In this document: in pieces, positions 1 through 9,733 of the stretch
Layout of the letters: each line of letters opens with the position of its first letter
How positions within the stretch are numbered: the first letter of the stretch is position 1
Assembly (NCBI GenBank): GCA_036339875.1
Contig: JAYZAC010000185.1
Span: 1-16,597 of the forward strand
Source: a bacterium
GTDB taxonomy: Bacteria > Muiribacteriota > UBA6191
DNA: 16,597 bases
Reading direction: 5' to 3'
Position numbers and translations under genes: made by a program
Notes under the pieces: model-generated
Told to the model about the DNA's origin: nothing
Database searches by the model: none
The model's input: only the letters and a program-made list of their open reading frames with translations

Positions 1-1
1 G

Positions 2-886
2 GCCAAGGTATCTTACGTGTCATCCAAAAACAGTGATTTAAGTACCGTTTGGGCTCTAACGGAAATGTGGATTTATGAGTATAACGTAGCTAGTGATAAC
101 TGGTTACTGCGAAGCTCGGCCACTCCTATTTCGACCTATACCTTTGTGGAGCCACATCCAATTAAGGATTATCTATTTGTTGGTAGTGAGACAACAGGGA
201 TATCTACTATGGACTACAGTGGTTCAGCTAGTGTTCTTTCGCTACCAATTACCACAAGTAGTACACATGTCACCAGTGTTGCATTTCATCCAAGTAATTC
301 GAATGTTGTGTTGGTTGGAACCGAACATTATGGTTTATTTCATACGAGTGATGGAGGATCTAGTTTTTCTAGCTCGGTAGATGGACTTGGTATTGTTACC
401 GTCACAGCGATTGCAGGAGATACCTCAAATGTTATTGTGGCTACCACAACTGGAGTGGCGCATTCATCGGGAGCAGATTGGAGCAATTTGAGTTTTAGCG
501 ACTCGAGTTGTAGTGTTAATTCTGCTTCGCAAATAAGTATAGTGAGTGATACTGATGGACTGTACTTGGTAGCGCAAGGAGACTTATATCGTGCAGCAAA
601 TGACTGTACTAGTATAACTAACCTTACTAATCCCGATTTTGCGCCTAGTGTTCTGAGCTCTTTGATAATTACTTCTAATAATGCATTGAATCATTTGATT
701 TATATAGGTACTGACCAAGGTCTATATCGCTCTAGGGATCACGGGGCTTCATTTAGTGCAGTGGATGATACTGTAAAGCTAAATACTCATAGCCTAACTC
801 TCATCGAGAATACCAACGAAACGCACAAGATTTTAATTGGTACAGATGCTGGTGCATACATACTTTCTGACATCAAATTAGATTAG
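2..886 (+). CDS. C-terminal part of a BNR/Asp-box (WD40/YVTN-like) beta-propeller protein, 5'-truncated by the window edge
   Basis: The frame is open from base 2 (AKVSYVSS...), so the GTG at 17 is probably not the true start. Asp-box motifs HTSDGGSSF and RSRDHGASF; blade motifs VTSVAFHPSNSNVVLVGT and IYIGTDQGLYRS; Ser/Thr-rich. Confidence 0.8.
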   Translation, partial: AKVSYVSSKNSDLSTVWALTEMWIYEYNVASDNWLLRSSATPISTYTFVEPHPIKDYLFVGSETTGISTMDYSGSASVLSLPITTSSTHVTSVAFHPSNSNVVLVGTEHYGLFHTSDGGSSFSSSVDGLGIVTVTAIAGDTSNVIVATTTGVAHSSGADWSNLSFSDSSCSVNSASQISIVSDTDGLYLVAQGDLYRAANDCTSITNLTNPDFAPSVLSSLIITSNNALNHLIYIGTDQGLYRSRDHGASFSAVDDTVKLNTHSLTLIENTNETHKILIGTDAGAYILSDIKLD

Positions 887-958
887 TTTTCAAATTTACT
901 TGCCTTCTATGGCCTGACTCTGTTAAGTAACTGCTCTTCATTTTTAGTTAGCAGATTC

Positions 959-963
959 AGGAG
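959..963 (+). promoter_or_regulatory. Shine-Dalgarno site of pepN
   Basis: AGGAG 5 nt upstream of ATG 969. Confidence 0.7.
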
Positions 964-968
964 TATTT

Positions 969-3473
969 ATGAGTGTTGAAGACAACCTAAGTCAAGATTT
1001 GGCAGAGGCGAGGTTTCGCCAGCTGGAAGTACCCCATATGCGAGTGCATTTGGATATCAGTGATAAAGAGGCCAATACCTTCGATGGATGGGTTGAACTT
1101 CAGATAAATATCAAGAACCCCTGGATAAAACTACTACTTGATTGTATCAGCCATAAAGTTCATCGTGTTCAACTGAATGGACAGGATATGGACTTTGTCC
1201 ATGAGAACCATAAAGTGACGATTGCAGCCGATGGACTTACAGGAAGTCATACCCTACGTGTAGAATTTACTAATTGCTATGATAAAACTGGAGTTGGGTT
1301 ACACCGTTACATCAGTCCAGGCAGTAATCATACTTATTTATATACCGACTTAGAGCCATTCGAATGTCATAAGGTCTTCCCTTGTTTTAATCAACCAGAT
1401 ATAAAATCAGTCATTGAATTGAGTGTTGTGGGACCGGCGGATTGGGAGATTGCGAGCAATTGTATTCCATTCGAATCGCGTTTAGAAGATAATAAACAAC
1501 ATATACTTTTTAATCCAACAAAGCCCCTACCGGCCTATTTATTCGCTTTGATTGCTGGTGAATATAAGGTAATTGAAGACCCTAAATCTCGAATACCAAT
1601 GAAGATTTATTGTCGCCAGAGTATGTTGGAGTATATGGATTCAGAAAAATTGTTTGAAATCTCCAGACAAACAATGGATTTCTACGAAGAACATTTTGAA
1701 ATTGATTACCCCTTCGATAAGTATGATCAGGTATTCGTACCTGAGTATACAGCTGGTGCTATGGAAAACGCCGGTCTGGTTGTATTTACTGAAGACTATT
1801 TGTTCCGTCACAAACCAACTCGCTCAGAACAAATGAATTACTACAATACAGTGGTTCATGAGATGGCACATATGTGGTACGGAAATTTAATTACTATGAA
1901 ATGGTGGGGCGACCTCTGGTTAAAGGAATCAGTAGCAACATTTTATGGTTATTATGCACTGACTCAAGCGAGTGAGTTCAAAGAGTCGATGCTTCACTTT
2001 ACCCAAGAGGTCAAAGGCAGAGCATTGAAGGCAGATCAGTATTCATCAACACATCCTATTGTGACTCCGTGTCCTGATACGAACGTGGCTTTTCAGAATT
2101 TTGATTCGATCACTTATGAAAAAGCTGCAAGTATGATTCAGCAATTGATTTTTATAATGGGTTTTGAGCAGTTTAGAAAAGGTCTGGTCGCGTTACTGAA
2201 GAAGTATTCATATAGTAATTTTGATCATAATGATTTTCTTGATGTAATGCAGGACTTTGCTCCGATATCTCTGAAGGACTGGGCCAATAAATGGTTGCAT
2301 ACGGCGCACGTAAATACTTTGGTACTTGAACGTAATGAAGAAGGTCAGGTACATCTAAAGCAAGGCATACAAAATCCAGAATTCGCAGAAATTCGTCCTC
2401 ACAAGCTACGGCTTGAGGCATTTCAGTCTGACAATATGAATAAAATTGACGAACAAGAAGTATTCATAGATGACGAGAAGAAATTAGTTTTTGAGTTGAA
2501 AGAAAATCAGAAAGATTCTTTTCTATTTATTAATCAAGGCGACCATGCTTATGCAAGAACATATTTAGACCGTGAAACTTGGCTACAACTTTCAGAAAAG
2601 CTTGCTAGTTTTGAGGAGCCCTTAGATCGACAGGTCTTACTCAATTGTGTTTTCAATATGGTTGAAGACTCCATGCTATCTCCTTTGGATTATTTGAACG
2701 AATTTGCCACTATTATCGAAAAGGAAGCGAGCGACTCCTTAAAGATTTCGATCATTGAGAATGCGATCTTGTATTACTACGCTTATTTACCGCAAGCTGC
2801 GATTAAAAATATGGCTTCAACCATCATTAATTTATGTCTTTCTCGGTTAGACAGGAAAGACTTACATTATGATGTCAAAAGTGAATGGTTTAGACTTTAT
2901 TTGATAGCATGTGATGCAACTTCTGAGGTAAACCATTTGGTAAACCTGATTGATAGTGATTCATTTAGGCAGTTAGAATTAGATACCAAGAAAAAATGGT
3001 CTGTATTACGTAAGCTGGCTTTTCACTATCATCCACAAACTGAAGATTGCTTAACTACGATGTTGAAGAAAGATCAAAGTGATGCAGGTAAAAAAGATGC
3101 TCACGCTGTTCGCTGTGCTTTGCGAAAAGATAAGCTAAAGTTGTTTGAAGAAGTTATGTCTGATGAGAAAAATTCAGCAGATTTTTTAAGGGCTGCAATG
3201 AGCTCATTCTTTCATCGGGCTCAGAAGCAAGAATGTGAGCCTGTGGTTAAAGTTTATTTTGAGAAGCTACCCGAGGTATTTGAGGACAGGGATCGTATTT
3301 TTAGCCGCAGTATGAGTCGTGTAATGTTTCCAAACAGTTTTCTAAAAGAGTCCTTGGACTTTACGATTGATTTATTGCCAAAAGTTGATAACTCAAGTTT
3401 GAAGAGAAGTCTTTTAGAGCATAGAGATTATTTGTTAAAAGTTGAGAAAATTCGTAATGAGTTTTTTGCTTGA
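969..3473 (+). CDS. pepN: Aminopeptidase N, M1 family zinc metallopeptidase (Streptomyces/actinobacterial-type PepN)
   Basis: GAMEN exopeptidase motif; HEMAH-x18-E zinc motif (HEMAHMWYGNLITMKWWGDLWLKES); NFDSITYEK catalytic Tyr region; FPCFNQPDIK; N-terminal NLSQDLAEAR resembling this subtype; 834 aa. Confidence 0.95.
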   Translation: MSVEDNLSQDLAEARFRQLEVPHMRVHLDISDKEANTFDGWVELQINIKNPWIKLLLDCISHKVHRVQLNGQDMDFVHENHKVTIAADGLTGSHTLRVEFTNCYDKTGVGLHRYISPGSNHTYLYTDLEPFECHKVFPCFNQPDIKSVIELSVVGPADWEIASNCIPFESRLEDNKQHILFNPTKPLPAYLFALIAGEYKVIEDPKSRIPMKIYCRQSMLEYMDSEKLFEISRQTMDFYEEHFEIDYPFDKYDQVFVPEYTAGAMENAGLVVFTEDYLFRHKPTRSEQMNYYNTVVHEMAHMWYGNLITMKWWGDLWLKESVATFYGYYALTQASEFKESMLHFTQEVKGRALKADQYSSTHPIVTPCPDTNVAFQNFDSITYEKAASMIQQLIFIMGFEQFRKGLVALLKKYSYSNFDHNDFLDVMQDFAPISLKDWANKWLHTAHVNTLVLERNEEGQVHLKQGIQNPEFAEIRPHKLRLEAFQSDNMNKIDEQEVFIDDEKKLVFELKENQKDSFLFINQGDHAYARTYLDRETWLQLSEKLASFEEPLDRQVLLNCVFNMVEDSMLSPLDYLNEFATIIEKEASDSLKISIIENAILYYYAYLPQAAIKNMASTIINLCLSRLDRKDLHYDVKSEWFRLYLIACDATSEVNHLVNLIDSDSFRQLELDTKKKWSVLRKLAFHYHPQTEDCLTTMLKKDQSDAGKKDAHAVRCALRKDKLKLFEEVMSDEKNSADFLRAAMSSFFHRAQKQECEPVVKVYFEKLPEVFEDRDRIFSRSMSRVMFPNSFLKESLDFTIDLLPKVDNSSLKRSLLEHRDYLLKVEKIRNEFFA

Positions 3474-3511
3474 AGAGTATCATTAGTTCAATATGATAAA
3501 ATCCTGAGTCT

Positions 3512-4327
3512 ATGGATTTACGTTGCTATTCGAGTGTTTGTGTTCACTTATTAAGCTTGGTAGTTATCATGCTGTTCCTAGCGGGATGCTCAGGTTCTAA
3601 AAAATCAAGTCCGCAAGAATTTTCTGAAAGATCACTCTATAAGTTTTTTAATACTCTTCGTTCCAGTGGACTACGCGAGGCCTACTACTCGACTCATCCG
3701 ATATTTCAAACAAGCACCCCTTTTCGGACTCTTAAAGAGCTTGATAGCATTTATGGACTCAAACAAAATCAAGGTATCGAACTATCTGAGCTTTCATTAG
3801 ATAAAAAAATGATCGTATCTACTAGTGGTACTGTAAGTCTTATAGATTCACTCAAGGTTCCATTTCAAGCAAAATTTAGCAAGCATAACAATTCTGCTAG
3901 TGTGAATCCATGGAAACTAATTTATGTAGAATTCGACATGAAGAAGTTTTTTGAAAATCAAGGAATGGTAGAGCCTGACAGTGATTTATTATTACGTATC
4001 GCGAAGGATTATTTTCTTCTTTTTCATAGTGAACTCAAGAGATTTCAGTTGAAAGGTTTTTATGATTCTTGCTCTGAATATTGGAGGTCCAAAATTTCAC
4101 TGGAGAAAATGGAGCTATTATTTGAGCCTTTTCTTAATGACAGATTTCTAACTGAAGATTTTCGAAATGCGAACTTTGTACTAAATTATCAGTCTGGTCT
4201 AAGAGATACTGGTATTCTTGTCGCAGTTGGGAATGTTGTGGGATCATCTAAAATCGAATTTTATATGGAGTTCTTCTTTGAATCAGGTCATTTTCGACCT
4301 GTAAACTTTAATTTGAAGCAACTGTAA
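3512..4327 (+). CDS. Predicted lipoprotein of unknown function, apparently two tandem similar alpha/beta (NTF2-like?) domains
   Basis: Hydrophobic signal ending in lipobox FLAG-C26. The two halves share a pattern (FFNTLRSSGLREAYYSTHPIFQ / FHSELKRFQLKGFYDSCSEYWR ... WKLIYVEF / FRPVNFNL). The fold assignment is inference. Confidence 0.7.
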   Translation: MDLRCYSSVCVHLLSLVVIMLFLAGCSGSKKSSPQEFSERSLYKFFNTLRSSGLREAYYSTHPIFQTSTPFRTLKELDSIYGLKQNQGIELSELSLDKKMIVSTSGTVSLIDSLKVPFQAKFSKHNNSASVNPWKLIYVEFDMKKFFENQGMVEPDSDLLLRIAKDYFLLFHSELKRFQLKGFYDSCSEYWRSKISLEKMELLFEPFLNDRFLTEDFRNANFVLNYQSGLRDTGILVAVGNVVGSSKIEFYMEFFFESGHFRPVNFNLKQL

Positions 4328-4329
4328 GT

Positions 4330-6804
4330 ATGAATAAGCCATCACTTGTAAATATGGATGAAGTTCGGGTTAATCTGCAGCATCCTGACGCTGAGATCAG
4401 ACAGAGGGCTGTTAAGGATTTAATTTCGACTCAAGATCCTCGTTTGATTCCCGACCTAAATCAATTAGCACGCAAAGAAACCGATGTTCAGGTTCGATAT
4501 GAGATTCGCAAAAGCATTGGAACATTGAAGCGTATACAACAAATGCGTAATCAGCCAAAATTTAAGGACTTTTCAAGCAATTTAGTCAAAGTAGAAAAGG
4601 CTCTAAAAAGTCAGTCAGAGGAGTCCATTAATAAAGCTTTTCGATATGTAATGCATTACCGACTAGAGCAATTTTTACCAATTATGGAGGAAGTTGTTAA
4701 TAAAAGTAGTAGTGCCTACCAGAAAAATCTTTTAATTCGATTTATGGTGTCACTAGGTGGAGAATATTACTTTACAAAAATTACGGCCTATTTGTCGGAT
4801 AAAGACCCTAGAGTAATAAGCACTGCTATCGAAGCTCTTGAGAGTATCGGTAACACAAAAGCTCTTGGTTATATAGCCCAATTGGTAAGTCATAGTCATA
4901 ATCGAGTCAAAGCTACCGCCATGAAAGCCTTATATAACTTGGGGGATCAGAGTGCTCTAAAATTATTACAAAAAATGGCAGATTCACCCCACTCTGCTTA
5001 TCGAAATTCAGCTGTTTATGCTCTTAAAGAGATGAAATTACCCCAGAGTTTGCCATTACTTAAAAAATTATCTGAGGATGAAGACAAATCCGTTAGTGAA
5101 AAGGCACTTGAAGGTATACAAGCTCTTGCTAAAGATGGCTTGAGTGACGCATTAGATTTTTTTAATAAAAAACCTGATCATACGCTTACGATGGGACCAT
5201 TACGAGATTTGAATCAAGATCAAAAATTAGATTGGATAAGAGATCAGCTCGATTTGATAAATGAAGGTAAAATAGATCTAGAAAATGTTTCAAATTGTTT
5301 TGTGGGTGCCATTAAAAATGAACAGAATGATCGTATTAAGGCCTCATTATTAAGTGCTTTGGGCAGGTTAGGAAATCAAGCTCATGTAGAGGTCATAACC
5401 CCTTTCTTGCATGCTAAGAATGACCGAGTAAGAGCTAATGCGGTAGAAGCTTTGGGTTATTTACTACCACCAGGTGATAGATCAGTTCTTTTGAATTGTT
5501 TTGAGGATCATAATAATAGGGTGGTCGGCAATGCAATTATGGCGTTATCTCAAGACTCACCAGAAGAATCTAAAAAAGCAATGCAGGCTTTATGCCAAGG
5601 AAGTAATATCAATGAACAACTTACTGCTGTGTATTGTATTGGTGCATTAGCAGAGGATGATTATCTTGTGTATAGTGATTATCTTTTAGAGTCATCTTAC
5701 AGCGAAGTGCGCGAGAAGATTCTCAAAGTACTAGAGGACCTCTCACAAGATCTTTCGAATGCTTTAAGAATTCTTAAACAATGGAACCTAAGAATAGCGG
5801 CTTTTGACAACTCTGATAACAACACTCAAACTTCTTTGGATAGAGATTTGAACTCATTTTCAGGGCACGATCAAGGAATTGAGGATTCGAAACAAACTAC
5901 TTCGTCCAATCTTACAAAATTCACTAAACCTTTGATGGTAACAAAATCAAAAGAGTCAGTAAGTGATAAAAGAGTTTCAGGAGATCAGATTTCAAGTTTG
6001 ACTACTTTTGATAAGACTAGCTTGATAATGCTTTCAGGTATCATTTCGTTCGCGGTTATTTTCAATCTATTTAATGCATTGATTACCGATCGTTATAGCT
6101 TCTACAAGTTGTTCTTAGAACCAGTTAGATATTTATTGATTAATGAGTGGTTGCACGCAGGTTTTTTTATAATAGGTTTACCCGCAATACTTTTATATTT
6201 TTTATTTACAAATCGAGAATTATTATTTGCTCGTTCCTTGTTAATTGGCCTTGTTATCGGTGTATTTTTGCATCAGTATGTGCAGTTGTTAGATACTCTG
6301 CGTCTAGAAGTTGGTCCTGCGTTTAATTTTCTAGCTCATCACTCTTCACAATTTTATATGGAACAGTATTCTGGAAACTCCCGATGGGCTATGCAAATTT
6401 TTAATTTACCATGGCTCTTTTTACCGATTCTTATTGAATCTAGTGTTAGAAATCAAGGACTACAAAGACTTGTGCAAGGCCTGTTGGCAATTGTATTGAC
6501 TGTCATAACAATTTGGTTAGCGCAATTAAATTTTGATGCCTATGATCGCCTTGATGGCGCACAAAAAGAAAATCTACTTTATCATCTTGAATATCGTCGA
6601 GATCAACTGACAGCGCAGTTAAAGCAAAATAGAATAGATAGCGTTACATTCCTCGCATCGTACAACAAGGCACTGAATCAACAGACTAAAATTAAATGGG
6701 CTAGCAAGTTAACAACACTTAAGTTTGAAACAAAACGCAACAAGACTCAAATGGTGTATTTGCTTAATAGAATTAGCGATCTTGAATCTATGATTGATAA
6801 ATAA
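4330..6804 (+). CDS. HEAT-repeat (PBS-lyase-like) protein with C-terminal multi-pass membrane domain and helical tail
   Basis: Repeats DPRVISTAIEAL, HNRVKATAMKAL, NDRIKASLLSAL, NDRVRANAVEAL, NNRVVGNAIMAL; a Ser/Thr/Asp-rich linker; about 5 hydrophobic segments after roughly aa 565. Starts 2 nt after the lipoprotein stop. Confidence 0.85.
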   Translation: MNKPSLVNMDEVRVNLQHPDAEIRQRAVKDLISTQDPRLIPDLNQLARKETDVQVRYEIRKSIGTLKRIQQMRNQPKFKDFSSNLVKVEKALKSQSEESINKAFRYVMHYRLEQFLPIMEEVVNKSSSAYQKNLLIRFMVSLGGEYYFTKITAYLSDKDPRVISTAIEALESIGNTKALGYIAQLVSHSHNRVKATAMKALYNLGDQSALKLLQKMADSPHSAYRNSAVYALKEMKLPQSLPLLKKLSEDEDKSVSEKALEGIQALAKDGLSDALDFFNKKPDHTLTMGPLRDLNQDQKLDWIRDQLDLINEGKIDLENVSNCFVGAIKNEQNDRIKASLLSALGRLGNQAHVEVITPFLHAKNDRVRANAVEALGYLLPPGDRSVLLNCFEDHNNRVVGNAIMALSQDSPEESKKAMQALCQGSNINEQLTAVYCIGALAEDDYLVYSDYLLESSYSEVREKILKVLEDLSQDLSNALRILKQWNLRIAAFDNSDNNTQTSLDRDLNSFSGHDQGIEDSKQTTSSNLTKFTKPLMVTKSKESVSDKRVSGDQISSLTTFDKTSLIMLSGIISFAVIFNLFNALITDRYSFYKLFLEPVRYLLINEWLHAGFFIIGLPAILLYFLFTNRELLFARSLLIGLVIGVFLHQYVQLLDTLRLEVGPAFNFLAHHSSQFYMEQYSGNSRWAMQIFNLPWLFLPILIESSVRNQGLQRLVQGLLAIVLTVITIWLAQLNFDAYDRLDGAQKENLLYHLEYRRDQLTAQLKQNRIDSVTFLASYNKALNQQTKIKWASKLTTLKFETKRNKTQMVYLLNRISDLESMIDK

Positions 6805-6808
6805 AGAT

Positions 6809-7162
6809 CTACTTTTTGAGAAATCTAGCGGGAATTTTAGGCTTTTTACTTTGCTTATTGAAGGTTTTGATGATAGTACCGACTTCTATTGTACCTTCAT
6901 AATCTGGATTTATTTTTGCCTGACAACCAAGCCTGATAAACTCTGGATATCGAAATTTTTCTAGAATTCTTTGCTCAGCCGTTGATTTTTCACTAAAAGC
7001 TTCGGTACCTTCTAGTACTCTAAATTTACATGTGGAGCATCTCACCTCAGCTCCACATCGATGGGTCATTGGAATGTCATTATTCAGTGCTAAAGATAAA
7101 ACGGATGTTTCTTCTTCAACTTCGACGGTTAAATTCTCTTTAGAAAAATGAACTGTAGCCAT
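6809..7162 (-). CDS. [2Fe-2S] ferredoxin (Fer2 domain)
   Basis: C-x5-C-x2-C (CGAEVRCSTC) plus distal RLGCQ; TAAGGA RBS 10 nt upstream; basic C-terminal tail. Confidence 0.92.
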   Translation of the reverse strand: MATVHFSKENLTVEVEEETSVLSLALNNDIPMTHRCGAEVRCSTCKFRVLEGTEAFSEKSTAEQRILEKFRYPEFIRLGCQAKINPDYEGTIEVGTIIKTFNKQSKKPKIPARFLKK

Positions 7163-7192
7163 GTTTAATTTGTCCTTAAATTTAAGCGCCGG

Positions 7193-7201
7193 ATTATATC
7201 A
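7193..7201 (-). promoter_or_regulatory. Extended -10 promoter (TGnTATAAT) for the ferredoxin gene
   Basis: The minus strand reads TGATATAAT, ending 30 nt upstream of the ATG and followed by an RBS. Confidence 0.6.
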
Positions 7202-7266
7202 CGCCTCAGAGATAACACCTATAAGTGATACTGGAATAAAGTTAGACTTTATGGTGCAATGTCTGT

Positions 7267-8631
7267 ATGAGTGCACAACAATGGAATAAGTTATTATTGA
7301 AGCAGCGGATTGGTGTAGAAAAGTCGTCAGATGATGATTTTAGATCGCCTTTTCAGCGTGATATTGATCGTATAATTTTCAGTAGCTCTTTCAGAAGGCT
7401 ACAAGATAAAACTCAGGTTTTCCCCTTAGCTCGAAATGATTATATAAGAACAAGACTTACGCATTCTATGGAGGTTAGTTGTGTAGGCAGAAGTCTTGGT
7501 TTATTAGTTGGTAGAGAGCTTAACAAACGTTATAAGTTATCTGTTGATGCAAATGGAATTTCTGAGATTGTTAGTGCTGCTTGCTTGGCCCACGATATTG
7601 GCAACCCACCTTTTGGTCATGCTGGCGAGGATACGATCAGACATTGGTTTTTAGATCCTCAAAGAGGTATGAAGTACTTAAAAAACTTGAAAGAGGAGGA
7701 AGCCGAAGAATTTATAAATTTTGAAGGTAACGCACAAGGTTTTCGAGTACTTACAAGATTACAAAGGCACACCCGAGATGATAATACGATGGGTGGTTTA
7801 CAGTTAACCTTTGCGACTTTAGGTACTTTTTTGAAATATCCTAGGCCTGCTAAATTAAATGGTCCATCAGGGATGCGTCGAAGTCAGAAGAAATACAATT
7901 ATTTCATAACTGAGAAAGATCAGTTTAAGAAAGTTGTTGATACGCTGCAGCTAGATAGTTTTCAGACAAACTGCTATCAACGACATCCTTTGGTTTTTCT
8001 AATGGAAGCCGCTGACGATATTTCTTACAATATCGCTGACATGCAAGATGGTTACCGATTAGGTTTAGTTTCTTATGATGAAGTTTTTGACTTCTTTAAG
8101 ATGGTATTAGGAAATAATAAGGTAAATATAGTTAATGAAATATTACGCTTGACTGATCGACGAGATAGGATTGAAACCTTGGGAGGAAAAGCAATTGGTA
8201 GTCTTGTTCGTGAAGCAGCAAATGCTTTTTTAGAAAATGAAAAAGCTATATTAGATGGTAGTTTTGATGAATCATTGATGGATGTTATCCCTTCTAATGA
8301 TTGTATAAATAGTATCAGTTCCTTTGCCTATGAAAATATCTATTCTTCAGAGCCTGTGATTGAAGTAAAAGTTGGTGGTTTTGAAGTGGTACAAGGTTTG
8401 TTAGACCTTTTTGTTCCTGCGGTTTTCGATGGTTCAGATCGAACTCATTATGATTTTAAGAGATTAGAGTTAGTTTTACGTTTAATCCCAAAACAGTTTA
8501 TGGGCAAATTGCAGAAGCCTCATGAAAACCCGTATATAAGACTTCATCAAATTTTAGACTTCGTTTCTGGAATGACCGACTCTTATGCCCTGGCTTTGTA
8601 CCGAAAGCTCTACGGATTGAATTTGCAGTGA
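7267..8631 (+). CDS. dgt: Deoxyguanosinetriphosphate triphosphohydrolase (HD-domain dNTPase)
   Basis: RSPFQRDIDRI, FRRLQDKTQVFP, RTRLTHSMEV, ACLAHDIGNPPFGHAGE, FEGNAQGFR, MEAADDISY and DFVSGMTD are all canonical dGTPase motifs. Confidence 0.95.
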   Translation: MSAQQWNKLLLKQRIGVEKSSDDDFRSPFQRDIDRIIFSSSFRRLQDKTQVFPLARNDYIRTRLTHSMEVSCVGRSLGLLVGRELNKRYKLSVDANGISEIVSAACLAHDIGNPPFGHAGEDTIRHWFLDPQRGMKYLKNLKEEEAEEFINFEGNAQGFRVLTRLQRHTRDDNTMGGLQLTFATLGTFLKYPRPAKLNGPSGMRRSQKKYNYFITEKDQFKKVVDTLQLDSFQTNCYQRHPLVFLMEAADDISYNIADMQDGYRLGLVSYDEVFDFFKMVLGNNKVNIVNEILRLTDRRDRIETLGGKAIGSLVREAANAFLENEKAILDGSFDESLMDVIPSNDCINSISSFAYENIYSSEPVIEVKVGGFEVVQGLLDLFVPAVFDGSDRTHYDFKRLELVLRLIPKQFMGKLQKPHENPYIRLHQILDFVSGMTDSYALALYRKLYGLNLQ

Positions 8632-9195
8632 TCAATCTATATTGTCATGAGGAGCACTGATATAGCCGAATAGTGAGCCTGAAAGGCCTCCAAGAATATG
8701 TCCGAACTGGCTAACATTATCGTCTTTCAAAGAAAGCACCAATTCTTGGCCAAAGTACATAACAGCTATCATCAAGAAAGTTAGAGGGACCTCACCTTCT
8801 TTGATACCACTGAATGAGCTAAGAAGAATAAACATAAATACTATGCCCGATGCACCGAGCAATCCAGTGGGAAAGAAGAAGGTATTAAGTATCCCAGTGA
8901 TTACTGCAGTGATAATCATCATTAATAAAAGAGGTCCTGAGCCGTACTTTTCTTCCAATAATGGTCCCAATAGTAAGATCATAGAGAAGTTACCAATCAA
9001 ATGTTGCCAGTTACCATGTCCAATGATATGACTCCATATTCTTATGTAACTTAGGGGGTCAGAGAAATTAAAGCTCGGATACAAAGTAAAAAGGTAACCA
9101 GTAGATTTACCGTCAGTTAGCTGACTCAGAAGCATTGCTCCAATACAAAGAAATGTAAATGTTAAAACTACCGGACTATTGTAACGAATCTTCAT
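8632..9195 (-). CDS. Rhomboid family intramembrane serine protease
   Basis: HGNWQHLIGN, GPLLE, catalytic GASG and SQFGHILGG; about 6 hydrophobic helices. Confidence 0.92.
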   Translation of the reverse strand: MKIRYNSPVVLTFTFLCIGAMLLSQLTDGKSTGYLFTLYPSFNFSDPLSYIRIWSHIIGHGNWQHLIGNFSMILLLGPLLEEKYGSGPLLLMMIITAVITGILNTFFFPTGLLGASGIVFMFILLSSFSGIKEGEVPLTFLMIAVMYFGQELVLSLKDDNVSQFGHILGGLSGSLFGYISAPHDNID

Positions 9196-9214
9196 AATAC
9201 TTACTTAACCTTTT

Positions 9215-9733
9215 CTATTCATCGTAAAAATCATCTTGTTCTTGTGTATCTTGAAATAGTTCAGCGGCACGTTCGCTGGCTCTTCTAATTCTTCGAATGG
9301 AACCTGCTGGATACTCTTCTGTCCAATTAACCTCTTTGAATTTACCTTCTGAATCTTCATAACTAACCATTAGCGTGATACGGTGAGTTGTAGTCTTGGA
9401 AGTGCCATTCCAGTCTTCTTCGACTTCCTCTTCAGTTTCAGCCTCCCAATCGTAGTTTTCTATATTTTCAAGCGGAATATATTCTAAAGCATGATTTGGT
9501 CGTTTTATTTGAATACCTCTCTCAAAGAAGGCAATAGCACTTGTTGATAATTGCAGTGCTTGATAAGTCAAATAGACTCCGCAGAGACTGACTATTCCTG
9601 CCAAGACTTTGAAGAAAATAAAGTTTGAGATGAAATAAAATAGCATACCAATTAAAAGTGTTATACCAGCCACGCCAGCCCGTTTATTCCAATTAGGTTT
9701 GATTACTTCGTAACTACGACCCTTATCACGCAT
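9215..9733 (-). CDS. Hypothetical membrane protein (2 TM helices plus acidic, possibly PH-like soluble domain)
   Basis: Two N-terminal hydrophobic helices. IAFFERGIQIK...YIPLENIENY resembles bacterial PH-like domains (inference). The start overlaps the yihY-like stop by 8 nt. Confidence 0.7.
   Translation of the reverse strand: MRDKGRSYEVIKPNWNKRAGVAGITLLIGMLFYFISNFIFFKVLAGIVSLCGVYLTYQALQLSTSAIAFFERGIQIKRPNHALEYIPLENIENYDWEAETEEEVEEDWNGTSKTTTHRITLMVSYEDSEGKFKEVNWTEEYPAGSIRRIRRASERAAELFQDTQEQDDFYDE

Noticed and set aside
900..929. Sigma70 promoter for pepN (TTGCCT ... TTAAGT/TAAGTA)
   Set aside because: The -10 candidates each miss a key consensus base; too weak to call.
4330..8631. Anti-phage defence island (dGTPase, HEAT repeats, PLD)
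   Set aside because: The dGTPase has canonical motifs and sits among housekeeping genes; no mobile or other defence genes are present, and the three genes are not co-operonic.
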